The translations under genes were made by a program, and so were the position numbers. The notes beneath the pieces are model-generated. The model was not told the DNA's origin. It worked only from the letters and a program-made list of their open reading frames with translations, and ran no database searches. From an uncultured Gemmatimonadales bacterium (GTDB lineage Bacteria > Gemmatimonadota > Gemmatimonadetes > Gemmatimonadales > GWC2-71-9), in contig CAWGED010000014.1 of the NCBI GenBank assembly GCA_963821525.1, forward strand, positions 64,001 to 128,000: a stretch of 64,000 nucleotides of DNA, written 5' to 3'. Below are positions 30,963 through 40,857 of this stretch, one piece after another. Position 1 is the first letter of the stretch; every line of letters starts with the position of its first letter.

Positions 30963-32299
30963 ATGAACGAGGGTAGCATGGCGGACGAGCTGGGCACCAT
31001 TGCTCAAGAGGCGTACATCTACCTGTACCCTCTGGTCACGATGGATTTGACGCGCCGACAGCTCACTAACATCGAGTTCGGCCGGGTGCCGGGTCGTGGT
31101 CCGATCAACACCTTCGCCCACATGCGCACCTTCCCCGATGGGGACTTTCGCGATGTGTTCGGCCGAATTTCGATACCCTGTATTCCACCGCCTGGCTCGA
31201 CGTGAGCCGGGAGCCGATGGTAATCTCCGCCCCGGAGGCTCAAGGCCGGTATTATCTGCTGGCGATGCTCGACATGTGGACCGACGTGTTCGCGGTCCCG
31301 GGGAAGCGCACGACCGGAACCTGTCCCGGCCACTGGGCGATCGTCGGGCCGGGCTGGACCCGCCAGCTGGCTGGTGACCTGGAGCGCATCACCTCGCCGA
31401 CGCCATTTGTCTGGATGATTGGGCGGACCCAGACCAACGGCCCGGAAGACTACCCAGCGGTGAAGGCGGTCCAGGACGGCTTCGTCATCACGCCGCTTTC
31501 GCAGTGGGGAAGAGAACGGCACCCGCTCAACGGCTCGATAGATCCTACGGTGGACATGGTGACGCCGCCGCTCGAGCAGATAAACAAGATGCCGCCGCTA
31601 CAGTTCTTCGCCTACGCGGCCGAGCTGCTAAAGATCAATCCACCCCACTTCACCGATCAGCCAATCATTGCCCGGATGAAGCGCCTCGGATTGGCGGTGG
31701 GAAGGAGCTTCGATACCGAGAAGGCGGATCCAGCAATCCGTCGGGCTCTCGAGCAGGGAGCGGCGGATGGATTCGAGGCCATGCAGGCGGCAGACCCGGC
31801 GATGGGGCGCCTGGTCAATGGCTGGCAGATCAACACGACAACGATCGGAGTGTACGGCACCAACTACCTGCAGCGCGCCATCATCGCGATGGGCGGTCTC
31901 GGCGCCGACCTGCCGGAAGACACGGTTTGTCCGTTGTTGCTCACCGACAGCGACGGGAAACCCATCGATGGCAGCAATCGATACCTGCTCCACTTCGACA
32001 AGAGGGATCTCCCTCCAGTCGATGCCTTCTGGTCGCTGACCCTGTATGACCAGAACGGCTTTCAGGTCCACAATTCGATCAATCGCTTCGCGATCGGCGA
32101 CCGGGACGATCTCAAGTACAACCACGACGGGTCGCTCGACCTGCACATTCAGCCGGAGAATCCGGGGAAGGACCAGGAGCGGAACTGGCTGCCCTCGCCA
32201 CCGAAAGGCGCGCTGGGAATAACGATGCGACTCTATTCCCCTCGCCCGGAGGTCATAGATGGCCGCTGGGCGCCGCCGGCGGTGAAACGCGTCGGGTAA
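30963..32299 (+). CDS. DUF1254/DUF1214 domain protein; frameshift near 31160
   Basis: EAYIYLYPLV, NFDTLYS, DMWTDVF, AFWSLTLYD, NWLP, MRLY. Confidence 0.85.
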
Positions 32300-32425
32300 T
32301 TTCAGATTGAAGGTGGCTTCGTCTTCCGCATTTCCGGGCCTTCCCGTCGCGTATGCGGAGTAGAGGAGGCAGGATCAGATCGTGGCGGAGGCTACACGGG
32401 GGTTTGTAGGAGCGGTGCTTCCGGC

Positions 32426-32845
32426 TTAACTCAGGGGCTTAACTTGACTGCCGCCCTGGCTCGAGGCCAATCCCCGTTCGATGGCGTCGAACAAGGCGTG
32501 ATCGGCAAACGGCTTCTGCAGCACCGTGACAGCCCTGGACCGCTTCAACCGTTCGGTGGTGCTGGCATCATCCAGCGCGGTAATCAGGACTACGGGAAGG
32601 CTGGGCGCAGAGCGGGCGAGATGGTCCTCGAGGTCGGTGCCGCTCATTCCCGGAAGACATACATCCGCCACGAGGCAATCGGTGTGGCCGGGATCGTTCG
32701 CGAGGAATTGTTCGGCGGTCTCGAAGGGAAGAACGGCGAAGCCCGCAGATCGCAGCAACCTGCCAAGCGCACGCCGAACTTCTTCGTCGTCGTCTACTAC
32801 TGCTATCAGGGGGTTCGCCCGCGGGCGCCCAGTGGCGCGATCCAT
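32426..32845 (-). CDS. single-domain response regulator
   Basis: IAVVDDD, DVCLPGMSG, ITA, LQKPF. Confidence 0.85.
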   Translation of the reverse strand: MDRATGRPRANPLIAVVDDDEEVRRALGRLLRSAGFAVLPFETAEQFLANDPGHTDCLVADVCLPGMSGTDLEDHLARSAPSLPVVLITALDDASTTERLKRSRAVTVLQKPFADHALFDAIERGLASSQGGSQVKPLS

Positions 32846-32856
32846 GGCATCAGGAA

Positions 32857-33561
32857 TTACTCCCCGACGCGCATGTCTGCCATTGGACCTTGGGGAAGCC
32901 CGCTCGCTCCGCTGTAACTCGGGCTGGGAAATCGAGCCACCGGAGCGGGACCGATTCCGAGTTGCGTGCCCAGTCGCACCAGTTCGGCGAACGATTCGAC
33001 TCCCAGCTTCCGCATGACTCTGGCGCGGTGAACCTTCACCGTGCGTTCGCTGGTGCCGAGCTTCGCTGCCACTTGTTTGTTGAGCAATCCGGCAACCACA
33101 AGCGCGAAGACCTGCCGCTCTCGTGGCGTCAGACGAGCGTAGCGCCGGCCTAGCTCGGCCTGTTCGGCGCGCATCGCCTGTTCGGCGCGATCGATCTGCA
33201 GGGCACGGCCCACCGCCGCGAAGAGCTGTCGCTCATCGACCGGCTTGATAAGCATGTCCACCGCTCCCCGTCGAATCGCCCGCACCGCGGTCGGCACATC
33301 GCCATAACCGGTGATGAAGATGATCGGCATGTGGCAACCGGCTTCATCCAGCGCCTGCTGCAGATCAAGGCCCGAGAGCTCGGGCATCCTGACATCGAGC
33401 ACCAGGCAACCGGGGTGTTGGCCCCGTCCGGACTCGATGAAGGCCTTCGCCGAGGGGAAGGCCCAGGCGGCATAGCCGGTCGACCGCAACAGGCGCTCGA
33501 GTGCGCGGCGCACTTCGGCGTCGTCGTCCACCACGCATACGACGGGCTGGTCGTCTGACAT
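32857..33561 (-). CDS. FixJ/LuxR-family response regulator
   Basis: VVDDD, LDVRMP, LTPRE, LLNKQVA, VKVHRARVMRK. Confidence 0.9.
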   Translation of the reverse strand: MSDDQPVVCVVDDDAEVRRALERLLRSTGYAAWAFPSAKAFIESGRGQHPGCLVLDVRMPELSGLDLQQALDEAGCHMPIIFITGYGDVPTAVRAIRRGAVDMLIKPVDERQLFAAVGRALQIDRAEQAMRAEQAELGRRYARLTPRERQVFALVVAGLLNKQVAAKLGTSERTVKVHRARVMRKLGVESFAELVRLGTQLGIGPAPVARFPSPSYSGASGLPQGPMADMRVGE

Positions 33562-33986
33562 CAGGCTGCTCCCTCCTTACCATCGAGAGGATGATCGGTA
33601 GACCCGAATGCCGGGTCGGCCAACACGATGAAGCTAAACTTGAGGGACTGCGTTCGAGCCCACGACACGAGGGGACGCTCGGGCAGTGGCTGGATGAACA
33701 CACAATTTTGAGTGGGAAACCCGGCTAGATCGGTAGGACTAGATCTAAACGCCGGCGCGGCAATCCTGCAGAGCACGTGTCCTGAAGATCCAGCTTCAAG
33801 CGCCAACCACGTGCCGAGGTACCTGGGCTCAGGGCTTACTCGAGCCACCCCACGTCGCAAACAATGACTCCGCTTGTCTAAGGTTTGGTACTATTACCCC
33901 AACGTCCCACAGTTCCAAGATACAACCAAACTCGCGTTTGCGCCTCCGTCCGGCTGCCCTGGGCACATAAAGGCCTTACCAAGCGT

Positions 33987-34592
33987 TCAGAACCCGCCTA
34001 ACACCCGGGGTACTACGGCAGGCACCTGACGGGCATATGCGTCGTAGGTTTCTCCGAAAGTCGCTCTCAAGAGCCGTTCTTCAACCCGGATTCGAAGTGC
34101 CGTCCCAGCCAGGAAAGTCAGCAAACCCGCCCCCAGCCCCAGCGGCCGGGAGAAGGCGACACCGGTCGCGAGGAAAAGGCCGAGCATCGCCGTGTAAATC
34201 GGGTGCCGCACAAAGCGATAAGGTCCGGTTGTGATCAGGTCGTGGTCTTGAGTGATGCGAGCCTGAAGGCTCCATTGCTTTCCCAGGGTGCGAATCGACG
34301 CGGCACCGAGCCAAGCCGATCCCAATGCTAAGGCTACGGCGAAGCCGGTGAGTACCAGCCATGTCACAAGCGACATAGGCACAATCGGCGTCCCGTCAGG
34401 TCGCCGAGGTCCCCAGACCATGGCAAACCCGGCTGCCTGGATCAGGATGCCGGCCAGGGACCCCCGGTCCCGCGCTCGGTCACCGGCGACGGGCCCTCGT
34501 CGCCGTAGCAATACACCGGCGCCGAAACCGAACCATCCGGCAAGGACTCCGAACCTGCCGACGGTAGACAGTGTGCCGGCATCCAGCGTCAT
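33987..34592 (-). CDS. isoprenylcysteine carboxyl methyltransferase family protein
   Basis: LITTGPYRFVRHPIY, EERLL...FG..Y..Y. Confidence 0.85.
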   Translation of the reverse strand: MTLDAGTLSTVGRFGVLAGWFGFGAGVLLRRRGPVAGDRARDRGSLAGILIQAAGFAMVWGPRRPDGTPIVPMSLVTWLVLTGFAVALALGSAWLGAASIRTLGKQWSLQARITQDHDLITTGPYRFVRHPIYTAMLGLFLATGVAFSRPLGLGAGLLTFLAGTALRIRVEERLLRATFGETYDAYARQVPAVVPRVLGGF

Positions 34593-34681
34593 TCTACAGT
34601 ACCCATCGCGAATCGAGAGCGACTCGGGAGACAAGGGATCGATGGGAGCATATGCCCGCGTGGGGAAGGGTAAGCACCTCT

Positions 34682-35155
34682 TCAGCTCACCTCGAACACG
34701 GCCTCGACTTCGACGGCAACGTCATACGGCAGCGCACTTACCCCGACCGCCATGCGGGAGTGGCGCCCGGCTTCTCCGAACACTTCCACGAACAGGTCGG
34801 AGGCGCCGTTGATGACCTGGGAATGTGAGAGGAATGCCGGTTCAGAGTTGACGAACCCGGCCACCCGGACGCAGCGAACTACCCGGTCCAGGTCTCCATC
34901 GAGGGCTTCTCGGAGTTGGGCAATCAGATTGAGGGCGCAGAGCCGGGCCGCCTGTTGCCCTTCGGCGATTCCGAATTCCCGGCCCAGCTTGCCGATGAAG
35001 CGCCGCTCTCCATTCCACTGTGACAGCTGGCCGGTCAAAAAGACGAGGTTCCCGGTGCGCACGAAGGGGACGTAATTCGCGCCGGGTTTGCTGGGTTGGG
35101 GAAGTTCGATTGTGAGAGTCCGCAGCCGTTCGTCGATTCGGGTGACCATGGTCAT
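34682..35155 (-). CDS. RidA family protein
   Basis: ANYVP, INGASDLF, GRHSRMAVG. Confidence 0.88.
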   Translation of the reverse strand: MTMVTRIDERLRTLTIELPQPSKPGANYVPFVRTGNLVFLTGQLSQWNGERRFIGKLGREFGIAEGQQAARLCALNLIAQLREALDGDLDRVVRCVRVAGFVNSEPAFLSHSQVINGASDLFVEVFGEAGRHSRMAVGVSALPYDVAVEVEAVFEVS

Positions 35156-35165
35156 CCGGTGGAGG

Positions 35166-35688
35166 TTAGTTGGTGCCGAACCATCGAACGACGCTGATGG
35201 CCCAGCGGGAACCCTTCCGGCGCAGCTCGACGAACCACTGGGTGTCGGTGCCGCAGAAGTCGCCGCAGGCGAGACCGAAATATGCCTTGGCGGTCAGCTG
35301 GTCCGCTCCGACCCCCAGCCCGGCGATCGAAATGAGCGGCTCCCGCGAAGCACATTCAGTGGCTGGTCGGAGAGTCACTTGCGGAGGTGGGGTCACTCCC
35401 GCCAGCAACTCGGGGTGGGGGTCGTGAGACCGATCGAATCCAGGAATCCGATGCAGAGGATGCCGGAAGCACTGGTCGGCCTGATCCACTCGGATCGCCG
35501 AGCACGATGGCGGTATCGAGAATCACGGTGAGGAGCTGAGGATCCTCGGCGCCGTCGAACAGGTGACTGAGGCGACCGGCCGGGGCGGATCCCATCTGCG
35601 GCAGAGTGTCCGGATACAGTGAATCGGAGCCCTGTGCCGCAAGGGTCTGCGCCGACACCGCCAGCACAAGCAGCAGACCGCGCACCAT
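35166..35688 (-). CDS. secreted hypothetical protein (one frameshift)
   Basis: Signal peptide ORF 35356-35688 continues in ORF 35166-35489 (CGDFCG). Confidence 0.5.
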
Positions 35689-35691
35689 ACT

Positions 35692-35844
35692 TCAGCCGCG
35701 CCGCTTGAAGTACTGTATCGCTCGCTCGTGGCGTTCCGCTGCTGCTCGAGTTTTGAAAGTGCCGAGGTTCCGCCGTCGGCCGGTTCGAGGATCCTTCCTC
35801 CGAGAATAGAGCCGGTAATGGCCCGAAGAGAGTTTTCGAATCAC
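35692..35844 (-). CDS. 50-aa basic small protein, not in the ORF track
   Basis: Manual translation from GTG: MIRKLSSGHYRLYSRRKDPRTGRRRNLGTFKTRAAAERHERAIQYFKRRG*; fills the gap between co-oriented genes. Confidence 0.75.
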   Translation of the reverse strand: MIRKLSSGHYRLYSRRKDPRTGRRRNLGTFKTRAAAERHERAIQYFKRRG

Positions 35845-35869
35845 GGGACTGCACCAACCAAAGAGACTA

Positions 35870-36154
35870 TTAGGTACCTGCGGTTACTCCAGACTGCCAC
35901 CGGCGAAGCGAAGGAATGTCTCGTGCGAAGCGCCGGGCCAGAAAGCCGGGAAAGTGCATTTCCCTGAGCTTCCCCTCTACCTTGGCGACCATCTGGGAGG
36001 CGGTGATGTCGGGTTCGGTGAATTGCCCCGCCCGGTAGCAATGGCTGCAATACTCGGCGCTCCTGGCACCGTTCGCCTCAGTCCCGCCCCCTTCCGGATC
36101 TTTGCCGAGGGGCATCCCGCAACTCTGACAGAAGGGTCCCTTGGGGCCGAACAT
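35870..36154 (-). CDS. putative zinc-ribbon protein
   Basis: FCQSCGMP, EYCSHCY, LRRW. Confidence 0.85.
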   Translation of the reverse strand: MFGPKGPFCQSCGMPLGKDPEGGGTEANGARSAEYCSHCYRAGQFTEPDITASQMVAKVEGKLREMHFPGFLARRFARDIPSLRRWQSGVTAGT

Positions 36155-36237
36155 CTGCGCCTCCCGCGCCGGGCGTTTCGGTGGTACATCGTGATCGCCG
36201 GTTCAAACATGGTGCGGCGTACTGTTGGCAGCAAGCG

Positions 36238-36474
36238 TCAGACGGAGCTCCGCAGTCGCACGAGGCCGATGAGACTGACAAGTGCCCAGGTTCCTTCGAG
36301 CAGGACGAAACCGTATTGCCGCTCCAGCACCGCGACCACGGTGAGCATACTGCCGCCAACCAGGTTGAGAAGCTGGTAGGCGAGCGACGTGGTACGCATG
36401 CGGCCGAGCTGACTGGCCGCGAAAGGGAACAGGATGAAGAGCGCTCCGATCACGGAGGCGACCTGGCGGGCCAT
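36238..36474 (-). CDS. CBU_0592-like small membrane protein
   Basis: [19 protein letters not shown]. Confidence 0.7.
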   Translation of the reverse strand: MARQVASVIGALFILFPFAASQLGRMRTTSLAYQLLNLVGGSMLTVVAVLERQYGFVLLEGTWALVSLIGLVRLRSSV

Positions 36475-36517
36475 GGCAATCCCTCGGGGACAACGGTTGT
36501 ACCGGAGAGCCAGCAAT

Positions 36518-36919
36518 CTACTTGGTCTGGTTTTCTGCTTCGGCCTCCTTGGCTTCGATGCTGACGCGCTCATGGCGGATGTCGAGGCGGAGCCGGCCGA
36601 ACAAGCTCATGTACACATTCGCCACCCAGACCAGCGAAAAGCCGGCGATCACGTAACCGCGCCAATCGTCATACAGCATGGTGAACCGAGTGACGAAGAG
36701 CACCGCGATCGCGACGTAGTGGCTAAAGCAGTACTCGCAGGTGAACAGGAAGAAAAACTTGCGCTGCCAGAGATGGCGACAATCGTTGCTCTTGTTCAGA
36801 CACCATTCCCGGGGTTCCCGGAATACCTCTTCGTGAGTCACCGTCCAGGCGATGCACGCGACCGGTATTGAAAGGAGAAGCAGGTGGACGATCTGCGAAC
36901 CAAGGGGCATGAGGGGCAT
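36518..36919 (-). CDS. hypothetical membrane protein with CxxC
   Basis: [23 protein letters not shown]. Confidence 0.65.
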   Translation of the reverse strand: MPLMPLGSQIVHLLLLSIPVACIAWTVTHEEVFREPREWCLNKSNDCRHLWQRKFFFLFTCEYCFSHYVAIAVLFVTRFTMLYDDWRGYVIAGFSLVWVANVYMSLFGRLRLDIRHERVSIEAKEAEAENQTK

Positions 36920-36965
36920 GCAGGTCGGGTGGGTCAGGCCGCCGTGGGTGCAACCGAACCGAGCG

Positions 36966-37616
36966 TCACGGCCGCATCAAGCGGAAGGCATGGGTCCAAT
37001 CGTTCCGCAGGAAACCCGGTACGCACCAGATCTGGGCCAGGATCTCGACGGCGCGCGCTCCGACCACGGTGCCCATGTCTTCCTTCTCCCAGCCGAACTG
37101 GTCGAGCAGCTTGGCGACCTCGGCCTTCGCGGCGGGGTCGTTTCCGCAGTAGAACATCGTCGGCTTCCCGCCCTTGAGAACCGGATTGACCATCAGGTCG
37201 GAGCCGACGCTGTTGAACACCTTCACGAACCGGGCGTCGGGATAGGCCGCCTGGAGCTGCTCCATGAGTGATGAGGTAGGGGTCGTGAAATACTTGAGGA
37301 CGCCGTCCTGGGGAGGATCGTCGGTGATGGGGTTGGTGGCATCCATCACCAGCTTCCCCTTGATGTTGGGACGACCCGCCTGTTCCAGAGCCGCCATGGC
37401 GCCGCTACCCGATACGGCCAGTACGAGAGTGTCAGCCCAGGCGGAAATTTCTTCGAATGTTCCGGCAGGGATGCCGGTGCTTTTGCTGAAGTCGCCAAGT
37501 TTGGCGGGCGTCCGGCTGCCGATTCTGACTTCGTAGCCGTGCTTCTTCAGTCCTTTACTCAGGGTCTGGCCGACTTCGCCGGAACCCAATACCGCGCAAC
37601 GCTTCATGTGCCACAT
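36966..37616 (-). CDS. NADPH-dependent F420 reductase-like oxidoreductase
   Basis: VLGSGEVG, DATNP, VKVFNSV, CGND. Confidence 0.85.
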   Translation of the reverse strand: MWHMKRCAVLGSGEVGQTLSKGLKKHGYEVRIGSRTPAKLGDFSKSTGIPAGTFEEISAWADTLVLAVSGSGAMAALEQAGRPNIKGKLVMDATNPITDDPPQDGVLKYFTTPTSSLMEQLQAAYPDARFVKVFNSVGSDLMVNPVLKGGKPTMFYCGNDPAAKAEVAKLLDQFGWEKEDMGTVVGARAVEILAQIWCVPGFLRNDWTHAFRLMRP

Positions 37617-37714
37617 CCTCCAAGAGCCTGTCCGCGCAAACTAATAGCCTCGGCTCCTGAGGCAACGGACCGCCGGGTCCGTTCCGTCAGCTCCACGTTT
37701 CGAGCGTCACCCGG

Positions 37715-38188
37715 CTACGAAGGTCGGGCGGTGGCGGTGCGCGCGGCCAGAGCGCTGGGCAACCCCACACCCACCAGGTGGATCAGCACACCATTGATGA
37801 TGACGGGAAGGGAACGGTGCTGCGACGCCACCGCCGAGAGCGGCAGCACGATCTGGGTCATGATGAGATAGACCAGCAGACCGTAGAGTGGCCCATACAG
37901 AAAGGGTCGCTGGACCAGCGCCGGAAAGCGGCGGCTTACGAGGTAGAAGGTGGTGACGATCGAGGAGGCGATGAACACATGAAGGATGAGGCCCAGCAGC
38001 GCGGTGCCCATGCCACCCTGAAAGGCGGCCTTTCCGAGGAGTCCCGAGGCGATGCTCTGGAAGATCAGGATCGGCTTGACACCCCGGAGGCCGAAGAAGA
38101 TCACCGCATCGAGACCATCGAGAAAAGCAACGGTGAGAGCGCCGAAGAGCAGCGCCTTGGCGGGGGAGAGAGGGTGGTCGGTGGGCAT
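37715..38188 (-). CDS. hypothetical 4-TM membrane protein
   Basis: FQSIASGLLG, LGLILH, GPLYG, HLVGVGLP. Confidence 0.7.
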   Translation of the reverse strand: MPTDHPLSPAKALLFGALTVAFLDGLDAVIFFGLRGVKPILIFQSIASGLLGKAAFQGGMGTALLGLILHVFIASSIVTTFYLVSRRFPALVQRPFLYGPLYGLLVYLIMTQIVLPLSAVASQHRSLPVIINGVLIHLVGVGLPSALAARTATARPS

Positions 38189-38195
38189 GGTACTC

Positions 38196-38230
38196 GGGGA
38201 ACAGGGAACACAGGGAACAGGGAACGGGGA
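38196..38230. repeat. single-arm heptamer array (GGGAACA)
   Basis: GGGGAACA GGGAACA CA GGGAACA GGGAACG downstream of the MerB-like gene. Confidence 0.75.
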
Positions 38231-38253
38231 GCCGGTCGCCCGGCGGTGCGGAG

Positions 38254-38931
38254 TTACCCAAACGTGTCCGCCTGCGGGTCCCAAAAGTCGCCGTGCAGGC
38301 CGATGCCTTCGAAGATGCTCCGTATCTCGGTTGGCGCGGGTCGTCGAGATTCTGCGCGGAGGCGGCTGGAGTACCAGGTCACCGCCATTTGCCACAATTG
38401 GTCCATTCGCACCGAAGGCCGGCGCGGCGTCGCTCGGCTCGAGCACCACTGGTCGATGAGCTCTTCCGACCGGAAGAAGAGCATAGTGCTTCAGGTGAAG
38501 ACGATGTCCTGCCACCACTTCGCGGCTGGCACCTCACAATGGAACAACCAGTCTGAAGACTCGGGCCCATCGAGCCCGACCGTGAGGCGGAGTGTTTCTT
38601 TCGACTGTTCGCAACGGGAGACCACCTCCGCCGGACGATTGAGCGCGGCGGGAATGCCGAAGGCGTCCCAGGCGCAATTCGCATAGTAGCTCACCCCTGC
38701 GGCCGTCACCCGATGTTGAGTGGGTACTCCGGAGAACGGAGGCGCCATGCGGATGGTTTCGCCGTCCGGCTCCAGTACCAGCAGGCGGCTCCGAGCCAGT
38801 CTCCCGTACGACTCCCGAACCAGGTCAACCGATTCTCCTACGTGTTTGGCCACCGCGTTAATACCGGGAGGCTGGCCTCGTTCGGCCGTGCTCCAGTAGA
38901 TCACGAGCTTCACCTGAGTGTCGAGATCCAC
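38254..38931 (-). CDS. MerB-like organomercurial/organometallic lyase with in-frame UGA (putative selenocysteine at codon 147)
   Basis: ORFs 38491-38949 and 38254-38484 share one frame, joined by TGA-AGC-ACT; YANCAWD motif; DIVFT-U-STMLFF at the second catalytic Cys position; GGAGGA RBS before GTG. Confidence 0.8.
38460..38482 (-). promoter_or_regulatory. candidate bacterial SECIS hairpin
   Basis: mRNA GCUC-UUC-UUCC-GGUC-GGAA-GAGC; G-starting apical loop 19 nt after the UGA. Confidence 0.6.
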
Positions 38932-38964
38932 GGTTCCTCCACCTCTCACTGAATCAGGGAGCGA

Positions 38965-39381
38965 TCAGGTCTTTCGCTGGGCGAGCCACTGATCTACGCT
39001 GGCAGGACCGGGGCCCCACGCCGCAAAGAGCAACCAGATGAACGAGAAGAGCATCACCATCTCGCCGCCGTTTTGCCACCACCACATTTTGCCGCTCCCA
39101 CCCGTGTGGATCCAGAAGTAGGCGACCGCCATCTCTCCCGAGGCGATGAACGCGAGCGGACGAGTAAACAATCCCAGAATCAATCCCAATCCGCACACGG
39201 TTTCGATGATGCCTGCCGCCCCGAAGCGGGTCGCCAGGTCGGCGGTGCCGTGATTGGGTCCGAATCCACCGAACCAGCCGAAAAGTTTGGAAGATCCGTG
39301 GGTGAAATAGACGAGTCCCGCCGCGATGCGAAGCGCCGCATGAGCGAACGAGCGGAACTGTAGTTGCGATTCTTCGGCCAC
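38965..39381 (-). CDS. DoxX family membrane protein
   Basis: HGSSKLFG, GLFTRPLAFIASGEMAVAY, NGGE, GPGPASVD. Confidence 0.88.
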   Translation of the reverse strand: MAEESQLQFRSFAHAALRIAAGLVYFTHGSSKLFGWFGGFGPNHGTADLATRFGAAGIIETVCGLGLILGLFTRPLAFIASGEMAVAYFWIHTGGSGKMWWWQNGGEMVMLFSFIWLLFAAWGPGPASVDQWLAQRKT

Positions 39382-39418
39382 AACTTTCTCCTCATGTCAG
39401 GGTAAGCGTGCTACGGCA

Positions 39419-39880
39419 TCACAAGCCGAACTGTTTCAGATGATAGTCGGTGTGGCGGCAGGCCCAATGACGCCAGTCCCGCGGCGTCATGGTACCGAAC
39501 ACCGCGTGATTCGTCGGAAAGGCTGCGTCGGGAGCCGACGCCAGGCTCCGCAGCCCATCAATCGCTCGCCGGCGATCCGATTCGAATTCCCCGGGTCGGG
39601 TGCCCGCCCGTCGCGGATCCACCGAGGCGGGTGTCCTCCTTCCCCGAGTCCAGGGGATAGGGGTATAGAGTGCCAGCCACTTGAGGATGGGACGGTGTTT
39701 GGCGGGGCGGTTGCTGTCCGAACGGCCGAGGATGCTGGTACTGCAGTCGGCGATGTGGCAGACCATCTCCCCCGCTGTCAGGGTCCCCCATTGTCGCTGC
39801 GTGTCCTGTCGCAGTCCGCCGAGGCGTGCGACCATCTCGTCGAGGATTGCCGGGGTCGTGATGGAGCCTGTTGCGGTCAC
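39419..39880 (-). CDS. DUF1569 (DinB-like) protein
   Basis: RQWGTLTAGEMVCH, HAVFG, HTDYHLKQFG. Confidence 0.8.
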   Translation of the reverse strand: MTATGSITTPAILDEMVARLGGLRQDTQRQWGTLTAGEMVCHIADCSTSILGRSDSNRPAKHRPILKWLALYTPIPWTRGRRTPASVDPRRAGTRPGEFESDRRRAIDGLRSLASAPDAAFPTNHAVFGTMTPRDWRHWACRHTDYHLKQFGL

Positions 39881-40830
39881 GAAGCGACAGCCTCGGGGAG
39901 AGCAGCCATGGTGCGGTTGTAGCGAGCCAGGCCGACCGCGAATCCCAGCGCGATCACACCACCTACTACCAGTGTGGCGGGTGATGCGCCCATCCGCTCG
40001 AAGTACTGAGTGTAGAAATGGAATGCGCCGAAGACGGCGACTGTGTTGACGACCCAGCGGCGGTTTTGCCGAACTGCCCAGATGCCGGTGCCGATCAATG
40101 CCACCGCCCACAACACGGCGAATACCCAGTCGGGAATCAGCTCGCCGCTTCCCAGCGACCAGCTCGGCGGGCGGAACCAAAGGGAGTCTCCCCAGAGCGA
40201 ACCCACCCAGAAACTGAAATTCACCAAAATCAGCGAGGTCCTCGACGCGATGACAGCGAGGCGTTCGGTCTCCGGGGGCAGCCTCAACGCCAGGCGATAC
40301 GTCGCCAGGGCGAGAACTGTGAACGCCACCACCGTCAGCGCCGGCTGACGGATCACCAGCTCGTAACTGGCGTGGTAATAGTTGGTGGCGGCACCGAGGC
40401 AGGCGGAAAGGCCGATCACCGCCATCGCGACCAGCATTCCGCTCCGCGCGACGATTCCCACTGCGGCACAGATGGCGGTGACCGCGACGTAGCCTTCAAT
40501 CCTGCCATCGGTATAGATCAGGATGCCACCCGAGACGGTCAGGGCTCCGACCAGGAGGAGGATCAGGCCGAGGGTGCCCCATTCGTGATGGTATCGCGCC
40601 GACAGCGTAATTCCCGCGGCCTCGAGGACGGCACCCAGGGCAATCGAGGCGGTCGCTGAGCGAATGAGGGCGAGGGCCCCGCCAGTCGTCGCCAGCACAC
40701 CGAAGCCAATGAGAAGGTTAAGCCCCTGGGAGCCGGTCTCCTGCGATGCCAGCTCCTTGAGTCGCACACACTCTTCCTGGGTGATCTTGCCTTCGCTCAC
40801 CAACCGGTCGACATCGAGAGTGATTTTCAG
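39877..40830 (-). CDS. multi-pass membrane protein (start possibly CTG)
   Basis: About 10 TM segments; frame extends upstream to (L)KITLDVDRL behind GAGGA. Confidence 0.65.
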   Translation of the reverse strand: MKITLDVDRLVSEGKITQEECVRLKELASQETGSQGLNLLIGFGVLATTGGALALIRSATASIALGAVLEAAGITLSARYHHEWGTLGLILLLVGALTVSGGILIYTDGRIEGYVAVTAICAAVGIVARSGMLVAMAVIGLSACLGAATNYYHASYELVIRQPALTVVAFTVLALATYRLALRLPPETERLAVIASRTSLILVNFSFWVGSLWGDSLWFRPPSWSLGSGELIPDWVFAVLWAVALIGTGIWAVRQNRRWVVNTVAVFGAFHFYTQYFERMGASPATLVVGGVIALGFAVGLARYNRTMAALPEAVAS

Positions 40831-40857
40831 GATGATCCTCGCGGCGGAGAGAAGGAA

